Of a stretch of 64,000 bases of DNA, positions 47,616-56,545 are shown piece by piece (the first letter of the stretch is position 1; each line of letters starts with the position of its first letter). A program made the position numbers and the translations under genes. The stretch comes from Lentisphaeria bacterium (GTDB lineage Bacteria; Verrucomicrobiota; Lentisphaeria; JABSQK01; JAWLHB01): positions 1 to 64,000 of the forward strand of contig JAWLHB010000018.1 of NCBI GenBank assembly GCA_041690595.1, written 5' to 3'. Below the pieces are notes generated by a model. It worked only from the letters and a program-made list of their open reading frames with translations, did no database searches and was not told the origin of the DNA.

Positions 47616-50369
47616 TCATTGGGTGAACGTTCGTTTGATCACGCGCGGTTCCTTTCGGCAGCCGAAATCGACGAGGGTCGGCCGCCGCGCGGAGCCCACC
47701 TCCGCCACCATCGGATTGGGCGTTGTCACCTGGTATCGGGTCGGCAGGCTGGTGACATCCAGTTGCACGTCGTAGCTGCCTGACATCAAGTCGGTCATGA
47801 AATAGGTGCCGTCGCCATCGGTAAAGGTCTCTCGAATGGCTTGGCCATCCTGATGGAGTAACAGGCGAACAAAGCCCAGAGGCTGCTCGCCGGCGTCACG
47901 AACTCCATTACCATTGGCATCCTCGTAGACCGTCCCGGCAAGGCCGCCGATGAAGCATACCGGCAGTTCCATGTAGTGATCGCCGGGCTGCTCCAATCGC
48001 AGCCGGAGATCGTCCGGTCTCGCCAGCTGCAGCTCGGCCGGCAACTGCGCCGTCTCCACGATCATGTCATGGATCCCCGGCGGTACCGGGGCAAAGTGGA
48101 ATTCCCCCTCCTGATCGGTGTAAACCTGCTGCTCGCCGAGGCCGACCGCTACCTTGGGCAGCGGCCGATCTCCGTCATCGTAGCGGCCATTGTCGTTCGT
48201 GTCGACAAACAGCCGTCCGCTCGACCGGGAAGCGACCTTGGCAATAGGAACCGGCATGCCGAAGGTATGAGTCCAGGACAGCAGGCAGAGCCGGCTCTCG
48301 GACTCCTCCCCCAGATCCCGGTACTCGGTTTCGAAGGACAACGTATTGGCCCGGTTCACGCGATAGGAGACCCTCAACCGGACGGATGCACCCGCATGAT
48401 CGTCACCCGTTCGAAGATCGCCCCGGTAGCTGACCGAGGTCTGCAGGCGATTGTCGAGCAGGCGGCCGCCCAGCTCCGCTTCCCATTGCTCGCGTTCGTC
48501 AAGTCCGATGGTGTGACGGGTGTCCTGAGAGACCGAGGTGCGGTAGCCAATTCGCCCGTAGTAGCGATCCAGACTGAACGTCGCCGCGCCATCGTACCGC
48601 GTTGTCGATCTCATGCCCGACCGGCTCTCGCGACGGCCCCATTCGCCACCCCCCGAGAGGCTCAGCCGACGGAAACTCTTCAACAGGCGCATCCGGACAA
48701 ACAGCGACTCCTCGTCGCCGCTTGGGGCGCCCCGGTGGCGGTCTTCCTGATTCCGGATTTCGCCACTCAACGTCAGCACCGGCCACCGGCGCAGGGATAA
48801 TTGCGTGCCCAGAATCGTGCGGGTCGTGAGCGTGGCGGAACGATCGGGCTCCAACTCCAGGTTGTTCTGATAGCGCTCATGGTCGAGCCACAGCGTCAGC
48901 GGCTGGGAAACGGCGTAACGCCAGTAGGTGCGATAGCCTTCGCGGTCACGAAGACCACCGGTGTAATCCGTGTCCGCGTGGTAGACCTCGGCCGTCCCGT
49001 GGAGCGAGTCAAGGTGCAGGGTCGAGGTCACCCGCCAGGCTGTACCTTGCAGGGTACGCGAGTGCTCCTGCCCGTCGCTCGCCGCCAGTTCGGCGCCGAC
49101 CGACCAGCCGTCAAGAAGTTCCTGTTCGACCAGCGCACTCACCTGTCGCGTATCTCGTGGGGCAACCGCCCTTTCATCCAGCCGAACTTCCTGCAGCGTT
49201 ACGTGCGTCAGGGCCAGGTTGCTGCGTCTTCCCGGCTTGCCGACAACCTGCGTCCCGAAAGCACGCTCCTCGAGTCCCTCACCCGCATCCCGGGTGCCGA
49301 CGAAGGTTGATGAGTCCAGATAGCGGCTGCGCAGGCGCAACCGCGCCCCCCTCCCGTGCAGGTCGGAGGTCAGGCGGGTGTACTGGTCGTTCGTGTCGCC
49401 CAGGCTCAGATCCCAGCGATCGTTGCCAAAATCCAGGCGATAGTAGTCGGTCTCGTCCGCTTCCTCGCCACGCATCAGCTTTTGGCGTACATATAGCGCG
49501 GTGTGGTAGCCGTCCGGCAGGTCACCGGCAGTGAAAAGCTCGACCTGCGATTCGATCGGACCATCACTCCGCTCCCGCGCGCTGAGGGTCATCCGTGCCG
49601 GGAGCGTCGGATAGATCGAACCCACCGCGGCCGACGGGCTGGGCAGGGATTCCAGCGTCACCACTTCCTCGACCGACACGCCCGGCGATTCCGCGCTTGC
49701 ATCGGCAAACCCCAACAGAATCCGCAATCGGTCGGTCGTTCGCCGGGCCAGATCCGCCGGCACCAGCACCTCGAGGTCGACAACCCGGCTCTCCCCGGGA
49801 GCCAGTGAGATCGTCCGAGGAGTGAAACGTACCGGCCACCGATGGCTGGAAACCAGGCTCACCACGAAGTCGTCGGCGGCATTGCCGCGATTGACGATTG
49901 CCACGCTGTAGTGCACCGTTTCGCCTGGGTAGGCACGCTCCTGATGGTCCAGAAGACGGAGGGCCACATCGCGGTGCCGTCCGATGGCCACACGGGCCTC
50001 GGCCCAGGCGGAATCCCCACCCTCGCGCCGTGATTGGGCCGTGCAGGAAATCACGTAACCATCCATGGCCAGCGCGTCGGGAGGTATGGCAATCGTGATA
50101 AAACGACGCTGGCGCTCCCCGGCGCCAACCGTTACGGGGGGCGGGGGACTGACGGTTTGCCAGCCCGCGGGAAGCTCTACGCCAACGTCGAACGTCTGTT
50201 CATCATTTCCCCCATGTCGCATCTCAAGCACCAGCGTTAGGAAGCTTCGTGGAGATATCTCGCCTGATGGCACCCGCAAGGCTATGTCCAGGTCGGCAGT
50301 CGCCGCCGGAACTGCCGTGAACAGCAGGCTCAGCGTGATGAGTGATATTCGCTGCGCTGTCGATAACAT
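47616..50369 (-). CDS. Putative usher-like outer-membrane protein (two Ig/NEW3-like domains, predicted beta-barrel, two SdrD-B/Cna-B-like domains)
   Basis: Signal peptide; LPAGW and NRGNAAD Ig motifs; about 450 aa of amphipathic beta-strands; two F/Y-x-D-x-N-x-N-G..D.G(D/E) repeats. Confidence 0.6.
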   Translation of the reverse strand: MLSTAQRISLITLSLLFTAVPAATADLDIALRVPSGEISPRSFLTLVLEMRHGGNDEQTFDVGVELPAGWQTVSPPPPVTVGAGERQRRFITIAIPPDALAMDGYVISCTAQSRREGGDSAWAEARVAIGRHRDVALRLLDHQERAYPGETVHYSVAIVNRGNAADDFVVSLVSSHRWPVRFTPRTISLAPGESRVVDLEVLVPADLARRTTDRLRILLGFADASAESPGVSVEEVVTLESLPSPSAAVGSIYPTLPARMTLSARERSDGPIESQVELFTAGDLPDGYHTALYVRQKLMRGEEADETDYYRLDFGNDRWDLSLGDTNDQYTRLTSDLHGRGARLRLRSRYLDSSTFVGTRDAGEGLEERAFGTQVVGKPGRRSNLALTHVTLQEVRLDERAVAPRDTRQVSALVEQELLDGWSVGAELAASDGQEHSRTLQGTAWRVTSTLHLDSLHGTAEVYHADTDYTGGLRDREGYRTYWRYAVSQPLTLWLDHERYQNNLELEPDRSATLTTRTILGTQLSLRRWPVLTLSGEIRNQEDRHRGAPSGDEESLFVRMRLLKSFRRLSLSGGGEWGRRESRSGMRSTTRYDGAATFSLDRYYGRIGYRTSVSQDTRHTIGLDEREQWEAELGGRLLDNRLQTSVSYRGDLRTGDDHAGASVRLRVSYRVNRANTLSFETEYRDLGEESESRLCLLSWTHTFGMPVPIAKVASRSSGRLFVDTNDNGRYDDGDRPLPKVAVGLGEQQVYTDQEGEFHFAPVPPGIHDMIVETAQLPAELQLARPDDLRLRLEQPGDHYMELPVCFIGGLAGTVYEDANGNGVRDAGEQPLGFVRLLLHQDGQAIRETFTDGDGTYFMTDLMSGSYDVQLDVTSLPTRYQVTTPNPMVAEVGSARRPTLVDFGCRKEPRVIKRTFTQ

Positions 50370-50374
50370 GATGG

Positions 50375-50884
50375 CTAGTCGTCGACGGTCATCGAGATCG
50401 TCATGTCAAGGCTGTAGGCCGCTGGCGGATCGCTCCAGTCCACCAGCATTCGCAGGTCAAGTCGAATGATGGCCGGACCACCTCCCGGCCTTGCTTCGAC
50501 CAGACTCTCGGTGGTGGTCAGGAGGCGATAGGCGTTGGCCCCATCGCCGTCCTGCTTCCACCGCACGTCCTCGCAGCCCTTTGCCATTACCCCAGGCAGG
50601 AAAAGGGAGTTTGCTGCCTTGATGTGGAGGCTCCAACCCTTGCCTGTGTCACCCCCGTCCACGGTGATCAGCAGCGCATAGTCGTTTGTCGCCGCGCCGA
50701 TCTCGGAAGCGCCCGCGTCCAGCGTCAGCGCCGTCGGCGTGTCAAAGGTGACGTTCAGTGTGTCGACCGTGAAGGCAGGATCCACCGCCAGAAGCGACCA
50801 CGGCAGCCACAGGAAGCAGAGCACCAGCAAGGTCGGAAGACCTGTCGCTCCTGACCGGCGACCTCTTTGGGACACATGATTCAT
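50375..50884 (-). CDS. Secreted pilin-like subunit (minor)
   Basis: Signal peptide, GWSLHI and C-terminal W-S-D-P-P-A-A-Y-x-x-x-M-T-I strand; paralog of its neighbours. Confidence 0.62.
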   Translation of the reverse strand: MNHVSQRGRRSGATGLPTLLVLCFLWLPWSLLAVDPAFTVDTLNVTFDTPTALTLDAGASEIGAATNDYALLITVDGGDTGKGWSLHIKAANSLFLPGVMAKGCEDVRWKQDGDGANAYRLLTTTESLVEARPGGGPAIIRLDLRMLVDWSDPPAAYSLDMTISMTVDD

Positions 50885-50927
50885 GATGAAAACCTTCGGT
50901 AAGAGCCCCGTACGCCAGGCAAGACGA

Positions 50928-51416
50928 TCAGGGGGCCAGTTCGGCAAGCGTGAGATCCAGGTAAAGGCCGTAAGTACCGGGCAGATCCCGCGACCAGTGC
51001 AGCCGCATCCGTATGTCGAAGACGACCGTGTGATTGGTGATCCCCTGAGTGCTGCTCTCGGCGATCACATCGACGGAGCCGATCGGCACATACGTGCCAC
51101 CGCTCCTGCGCCATTCCAGATCGATGAGTGGCTTGGCATACCCGTTCACCGTCCCAAGGTCGGCGGCAGCCGTCTTCACCGACAACGCCCAACCCGTATT
51201 GCTGGAGAGCGTGACCGATACGGCTGCCTCGATCTCCACGAAACCCGCGTCGAAGTCGCTGGCGGTAATCTCCGGAAAAGCGATTGAAGCCGTACTCAGT
51301 TGCACCACCACTACCGGCGATACCGTCATTGTGACGCTGACGGTTTCCGCCGCCCGCAATCCCGCTGTCGCCAGCAGGAGCCAGGCGAGTATCTTCACGG
51401 GGCCAAGCACAGTCAT
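50928..51416 (-). CDS. Secreted pilin-like subunit (minor)
   Basis: Signal peptide, alternating N-terminal strand TVSVTMTV, SNTGWALSV and W..DLPGTY...LTL. Confidence 0.68.
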   Translation of the reverse strand: MTVLGPVKILAWLLLATAGLRAAETVSVTMTVSPVVVVQLSTASIAFPEITASDFDAGFVEIEAAVSVTLSSNTGWALSVKTAAADLGTVNGYAKPLIDLEWRRSGGTYVPIGSVDVIAESSTQGITNHTVVFDIRMRLHWSRDLPGTYGLYLDLTLAELAP

Positions 51417-51419
51417 CGC

Positions 51420-52238
51420 CTACTTCTCCTCGAACTGCAGTTCGCCGGCTATCAGCTCCTCACCACCGTAATCGACGATGGCCAGCGCCAGATACGTCCC
51501 CGGGGCGAGCTTCGTCGGGCAGGTGGCGGTGACCACCCGTTTGTCCCCCGGATAGACGTTGAACAGGCCGTTACCGTCGAGTGGGGCGGTATGAACGGTC
51601 TCTCCCTGCTCGTTGCGGAATTCCACCCGACCCTCGCAGCGAAGCAGCGAGTTGCCCGTGTTCTCGAAGGTTACCCCCACGGTCAATGGGCTCGTCTCTG
51701 CTGCTGGACTCAGGGACATGTCATCGATTCGCCCCGCCAGCTCGAGCGTGCCGGGCACCGTCTCGTGAATGCGAATGCACCAGCGTGGCTTGACCAATAC
51801 ACGCAGGGAGAACAGCTCCCGTTGCGCTTGCCGTTCCGGCAGCGTCGAACTCTGCTCCCCGAAAATGAATGCCCAGTACGTCCCCTCGGCGGACGCCGGT
51901 ACAAGAATGCTCACCCGCACTTGCCCTTTCTCCCGAGGGGCCAGGTTAATAACCCGCGGCGATACGGTCAACCAGGTCGAACAACCGCGTGGCGCTGTTC
52001 CCGGCTCCAGTTCGCGTTCCTGGCCATCTGGCAACCGTACGAAATCCTTGACCGAAAGCGTCACCGAGACTGCTTGGTCACTGTCGTTGTTGACGGTCAG
52101 CGTACGCGTCTCCCCCGCGTCGGCCTTGGCACCGAATTCCAACCGCATGGGAGCAAGACTGAACGTATCGGCGTGAAGCGGCAGGCCCATCAGCGGCAGA
52201 ACAACCGCGAAAATCAACAGGTGTAAACGCACGTGCAT
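51420..52238 (-). CDS. Pilus assembly chaperone-like protein (PapD/DUF916-like, two Ig domains)
   Basis: Signal peptide, S-L-A-P-x-R-x-E start, WL.VSP, GTYWA.IF, FENTGN and PG.Y...AIVDYG. Alternative start at 52304. Confidence 0.75.
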   Translation of the reverse strand: MHVRLHLLIFAVVLPLMGLPLHADTFSLAPMRLEFGAKADAGETRTLTVNNDSDQAVSVTLSVKDFVRLPDGQERELEPGTAPRGCSTWLTVSPRVINLAPREKGQVRVSILVPASAEGTYWAFIFGEQSSTLPERQAQRELFSLRVLVKPRWCIRIHETVPGTLELAGRIDDMSLSPAAETSPLTVGVTFENTGNSLLRCEGRVEFRNEQGETVHTAPLDGNGLFNVYPGDKRVVTATCPTKLAPGTYLALAIVDYGGEELIAGELQFEEK

Positions 52239-52326
52239 CGGGGCATTCCTTGAGCGTGGCATCATCGGCCACGGTTGCAGATTGTCGGCATCGGGGCTAC
52301 GCATCTTTGCTCCCCCGGAAATAACC

Positions 52327-52362
52327 GGATCGAGGAAGCGGCTGTGAGCCGCCCCTCGATCC
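52327..52362 (-). terminator. Strong intercistronic hairpin after the major pilin-like gene
   Basis: GGATCGAGG..GCGGC-TGTGA-GCCGC.CCTCGATCC; no long U-tract, so a partial terminator or mRNA stabiliser. Confidence 0.6.
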
Positions 52363-52378
52363 AGTCGATACCCCAATC

Positions 52379-52984
52379 TTATTCGGTGACTTCGGAGATC
52401 GTCAGCGTGACGGTGACGGCGTACGCGCCAACAATGTCGGAGGCCCAATCCATGAGGATTTCCGCGTTGATGTCCGCCGCGGCATTCTCCACGCCGTGAC
52501 CGGCGGCGGCGCCAACCGATCCTCCGCCCAGGATGTCGCTGCCAGCGGTCGTGATGGCCGTGTAGGCGCCAAACCCACCCAGCGCCGCCATCCCGTCGGT
52601 TGCGAAACCGGCGGTGAGGTTGTCCACCATCAGGCGAAGATCCGTGTCGCTGCCGTCCGCCTTCTTGTCGGCCGTCGCCAGATAGGCCGCCGGCAGTGTC
52701 CACCCACTCTTGGCCGCCGTGATCTTGTACTTGGTGTTGCAGTCGAAATCGCTGATGACGATCAGATCCGGGATGACCAGCTTGTCGGCGTCAAACATGG
52801 CGATGTCCACCCCGTCGGTGAACCCCGTTCGGTCCGCCTCGACCAGCTCCCAACTGGCGCAAAATGGTACAGTGCCGTTGATCGTCGTGCCGTCATGGAC
52901 ATCCGTTTCGGCCTGGGCGCTCCCCAGGAACGACAGGCTCAGGGCAGCGGCGAGTACATAGCTTTTCAAGTGAAGTTTGATCAT
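52379..52984 (-). CDS. Secreted major pilin-like subunit
   Basis: Signal peptide ending AQA, two Cys, GWTLP and C-terminal W..D..GAYAVTVTLTISE; first gene after the sigma54 promoter. Confidence 0.72.
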   Translation of the reverse strand: MIKLHLKSYVLAAALSLSFLGSAQAETDVHDGTTINGTVPFCASWELVEADRTGFTDGVDIAMFDADKLVIPDLIVISDFDCNTKYKITAAKSGWTLPAAYLATADKKADGSDTDLRLMVDNLTAGFATDGMAALGGFGAYTAITTAGSDILGGGSVGAAAGHGVENAAADINAEILMDWASDIVGAYAVTVTLTISEVTE

Positions 52985-53123
52985 GGTGAAGACAAGTCCC
53001 TCTAGTTGTGTTAACTCAATCATGGCTGTGTGCGTACCGATAGTTGCTTCCCCCCTCGCAACTCGCAATGGGTTTTCCAAAGAAGCTCCCAGTACATGGT
53101 GTACCGTAAGCACCTGCCTCTTC

Positions 53124-53139
53124 AGCAGCATGCATGCCA
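53124..53139 (-). promoter_or_regulatory. Sigma54 (-24/-12) promoter of the pilus-like operon
   Basis: TGGCATGCATGCTGCT, exact GG-N10-GC spacing. Confidence 0.75.
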
Positions 53140-53227
53140 ATACCCTTTCGAGCCTCTTCCTGGAGGCCGAAATGCATGGCGCGACGGACTCTTACGGGGA
53201 CCGTCCGATCCGGACTGTCGATTTCCG

Positions 53228-53264
53228 TTGTCGAGATTTCGACAACTGTCCGGTATTCGACAGT
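53228..53264. promoter_or_regulatory. Tandem palindromic upstream activator sites (TGTC-N8-GACA, two copies)
   Basis: TTGTCGAGATTTCGACAA (53228-53245) and ACTGTCCGGTATTCGACAGT (53245-53264), about 90-125 bp upstream of the -24 element. Confidence 0.68.
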
Positions 53265-53276
53265 TCCGCCAGGGAC

Positions 53277-54725
53277 TCAGTCGTTCAGGCGACCCAATCG
53301 ACTCAAAAACTTGCTGCGACTCAGCCCCAGCAGTCGAGCTGCCTGGCTCTTGTTGTGATCGCACATCGCCAGCGCCTGGCTGACCAATTCTCGCTCGATC
53401 TCCTCCAGATTCACCCCTTCCGGAGGCAAAATGTACGATCCCGGCTGCGCCATCTTCTGGGCAGGACTCTCCACCGCGAACTCGGTCGCCATGGAGAGCC
53501 CCAGGTGGCTGGCCCGCAGCACGACATCATTGTGCAGCAACACCGCCCGATCGATCAGGTTCTTCAACTCGCGGATGTTGCCCGGCCACGGGTAGGCCAG
53601 CATGGCCGCCAGAGCATCGTCCGCTACACCGGCAAAGTCTTTGCCTCGCTGCGTACTGAATTGACGCAGGAATCGCTGCGCCAGCGGCTCGATGCTCTCC
53701 GGCTGTTCGCGCAGCGGCGCCAGACGGATGATCCCCACGTGCAGACGGTAGTAGAGGTCCGCGCGGAACTGACCGTCCCGCACCAGCTCCTCGACGTCGC
53801 GATTGGTGGCGCAGATGAAGCGTACATCCAACTTGCATTTCCGGCTCCCGCCTACCCGCCGCACTTCCCGCTCCTCCAGCACCCGCAGCAGCTTCGCCTG
53901 ATCGACCAGCGGACACTCGGCGATCTCGTCAAGAAAGACCGATCCCCCGTTTGCCAGCTCCAGTTTACCCATCCGACCCTTCGGATCCGCGCCCGTGAAG
54001 GCCCCTCCCTCATAGCCAAAAAGCTCGCTCTCGAAGAGCGTCGGCGCAATCGCCGCACAGTTGAGGTCGACGAATGGCGTGGCGGATTGCATCTTGTCCC
54101 CGTGGTGAACCAGCCGGGCTACCAGCTCCTTGCCGGTCCCCGTCTCCCCTTGGATCATCACCGGCACTGAACGGTCGCGGTGCAAGACCATTGCCAGTTC
54201 CACCACCTCTCGCATCTGTTCGGAGGCTACCGTCAACTCCGCCACTCCCGTTATCCTGGCAAGCTCCTCCCGGTAAGTCGCCAACGCCTGGGAGACCTTC
54301 CTGTTCTTCCCGCGCAAGCCGGACAGTTTCTTGCGGAAGCTTTGGTTGTCGCGCAGCAGGCGCTGGTGTTCGGCTGCCCGCCCCACGCAGGCCAGAAAGT
54401 CGTCGGTCATGAGCGGCTTCTGCAGGTAGTCGAACGCGCCATGCCGCAAAGCGCTGATCGCCGACGACATGTTCGCGTGTCCGGTCAGAATGATCACGTC
54501 CGTCAGCTTTGCCGAGGGTCCGGCTTTCACCTGCTCGAGGATCTCCTGGCCGCTCATCGTCCCCAGGCGAAGGTCGGTGACGACGACGGGGTAGTCCCCG
54601 GCCGCAAGCATCGTCATGGCGCTCTCGCCATCATGTGCGGTGTTGACCTCGTAACCTTCGTAAGTCAGCAGCTCCACCAGCAGCGTCTGCATCGCGGGTT
54701 CATTTTCAACGACCAGAACCTTCAT
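53277..54725 (-). CDS. NtrC-family sigma54 activator (REC-AAA+-Fis HTH)
   Basis: VVTDLRL, GETGTGKE, ESELFG..GAFTGA, FRADLYYRL, WPGNIREL and NKSQAARLLG. Confidence 0.96.
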   Translation of the reverse strand: MKVLVVENEPAMQTLLVELLTYEGYEVNTAHDGESAMTMLAAGDYPVVVTDLRLGTMSGQEILEQVKAGPSAKLTDVIILTGHANMSSAISALRHGAFDYLQKPLMTDDFLACVGRAAEHQRLLRDNQSFRKKLSGLRGKNRKVSQALATYREELARITGVAELTVASEQMREVVELAMVLHRDRSVPVMIQGETGTGKELVARLVHHGDKMQSATPFVDLNCAAIAPTLFESELFGYEGGAFTGADPKGRMGKLELANGGSVFLDEIAECPLVDQAKLLRVLEEREVRRVGGSRKCKLDVRFICATNRDVEELVRDGQFRADLYYRLHVGIIRLAPLREQPESIEPLAQRFLRQFSTQRGKDFAGVADDALAAMLAYPWPGNIRELKNLIDRAVLLHNDVVLRASHLGLSMATEFAVESPAQKMAQPGSYILPPEGVNLEEIERELVSQALAMCDHNKSQAARLLGLSRSKFLSRLGRLND

Positions 54726-54967
54726 TCATCTTCTCCTGTAACTGTCCGTCTCCCCGCGACGAAACATTGTTGTGAAGCTAACACCAATCTTGCACGAAGC
54801 AACCCGGCAGCCAACCTCGCCAACGCCGCCAACGCTCGCACTCACTTGAACTGGTTCGATTTACGGTTAATGTAGCGGGCTGCCGGCCGACTGTCTTGTA
54901 TTTCGTTTGGTCGGGAAGCCATGGTAACGTAGTAGCAGGCGGAAGCTTACCCGCAAGGAAGTAGAAG

Positions 54968-56410
54968 ATGGACGACATGAGCATGGATGACAGCCCCGAA
55001 TCGATGGACGACTTACTCCCCGCGGAGTACGAACTCCAGCTTTCCGAAATGCGCAGTGGCTTTACCCCCGGCGAAAAAGTGAAAGGTAAGGTCTCCGCCA
55101 TCTCCAGCAGTGCGGTCTTTATCGATGTCAACGCCAAGAGTGAAGGCATCATCGATCGCCTCGAACTCGAGACCGACGGGCAACTCCAGGTCACTGAAGG
55201 CGACATCATCGAAGCCTACTTCAGCGACTACGATGAAGGTGAGTTCATCTTCACCGTCAAGGTGAGTGCCAGCGAGGCCAATGATGAAGTCCTCTCCGGC
55301 GCCTTCCAGTCCCAGATCCCCATCGAGGGCAAGGTGATCGCCGAGCGAAAGGGCGGATTCGAGGTCAAAGTCGGCGCCCAGTCCGGTTTCTGCCCCTTCT
55401 CCCAGATCGACCTCTACGGCGCCCGCGACGCCAGTGCCTACATCGGCCACACCTTCACCTTCCGCATCATGGAATACGACGGACGCAATCTCGTCGTCTC
55501 CCGCCGGCAGTTGCTCGAAGAGGATCGCGAGAAGGAAAAGGTCGAACTCAGGAAGGGACTCAACGAGGGCGATCTCGTCACCGGTTCCATCACCAAGGTT
55601 CTGGATTTCGGCGCTTTCGTCGACATTGGCGGCGTCGAGGGATTGATTCCCGCCAGCGAACTCTCATGGGATCGCAGCATCAAGCCCTCCGACATTGTCT
55701 CTGCCGGACAGAAGGTCGAAGTGACCGTCGTCCGCATCGACTGGGAGAAGGAACGCTTCACCCTCAGCCTCAAAAAGGCCATCGGTGATCCATGGGACAC
55801 CGTCGCCGAAAAGTTCAGCGAGACCAAACGCTACAGCGGCGTCGTCACCAAGCTCATGGAATTTGGCGCCTTTGTCCAGCTCGAACCCGGCATCGAAGGA
55901 CTGGTTCATATCTCCAGGCTCGGTGCCGGCAAACGCCTCAATCACGCCAGTGAGGTGCTCGAAGAGGGCCAGGAGCTCGAAGTCTACATCGACAGCATCG
56001 ACATGGAGCGCCGGCGCATTTCGCTCGTCCTCGAGAATGTGCAGGTCGGCCGTGAGATGAAGGTCGAAGGCGGCGAGACCGTCACCGTCGGTCAGGAAGT
56101 CACGGGACGTGTCGAGGACATCAAGCCCTTTGGCGTTTTCGTCAAGCTCTCGCCAACCCAGACTGGCTTGCTCCACGTCAGCGAAATTCAGTTCCAGGGC
56201 ATGGTCGACAAGGGACGCGACATGTACAAGCGCTTCCCCCCAGGATCGGAAATCACCGTCATCGTCGAGAAGGTGGAAGGCAAGCGCATCTCCCTCTCCC
56301 TCCCGAAGAGCCAGGACGATGTCGCCGAGTTCCGCAAGGACCTCGCCGGTGGCCGCGATCAGGAAGGCCTCGGCAACATGGGCTCCATCCTCGACGGCCT
56401 CAATCTCTGA
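54968..56410 (+). CDS. Ribosomal protein S1-like protein (five S1 domains)
   Basis: Five S1 repeats (e.g. FGAFVDIGGVEGLI, FGAFVQLEPGIEGLVHIS, FGVFVKL..GLLHVSE). Confidence 0.88.
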   Translation: MDDMSMDDSPESMDDLLPAEYELQLSEMRSGFTPGEKVKGKVSAISSSAVFIDVNAKSEGIIDRLELETDGQLQVTEGDIIEAYFSDYDEGEFIFTVKVSASEANDEVLSGAFQSQIPIEGKVIAERKGGFEVKVGAQSGFCPFSQIDLYGARDASAYIGHTFTFRIMEYDGRNLVVSRRQLLEEDREKEKVELRKGLNEGDLVTGSITKVLDFGAFVDIGGVEGLIPASELSWDRSIKPSDIVSAGQKVEVTVVRIDWEKERFTLSLKKAIGDPWDTVAEKFSETKRYSGVVTKLMEFGAFVQLEPGIEGLVHISRLGAGKRLNHASEVLEEGQELEVYIDSIDMERRRISLVLENVQVGREMKVEGGETVTVGQEVTGRVEDIKPFGVFVKLSPTQTGLLHVSEIQFQGMVDKGRDMYKRFPPGSEITVIVEKVEGKRISLSLPKSQDDVAEFRKDLAGGRDQEGLGNMGSILDGLNL

Positions 56411-56462
56411 GGCCCCTCCGCGATCGCCATCCACATTGAGACCTTTCTCAATTCGATGGAGC

Positions 56463-56497
56463 TTGCATTCTCATAGTATTTGGCTATACTACCAATA
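56463..56497 (+). promoter_or_regulatory. Sigma70-like promoter with an inverted repeat over the -10
   Basis: TTGCAT-16 nt-TATACT; TTGG-CTATACTA-CCAA straddles the -10. Confidence 0.5.
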
Positions 56498-56545
56498 AGG
56501 CATTTACTGCGGGGAATAGCGTCGGCAACATAAAGGAGAACGGGG

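Noticed and set aside
54810..54836. Three GCCAAC direct repeats with a 9-bp period
   Set aside because: Too short to distinguish from slippage in GC-rich DNA.
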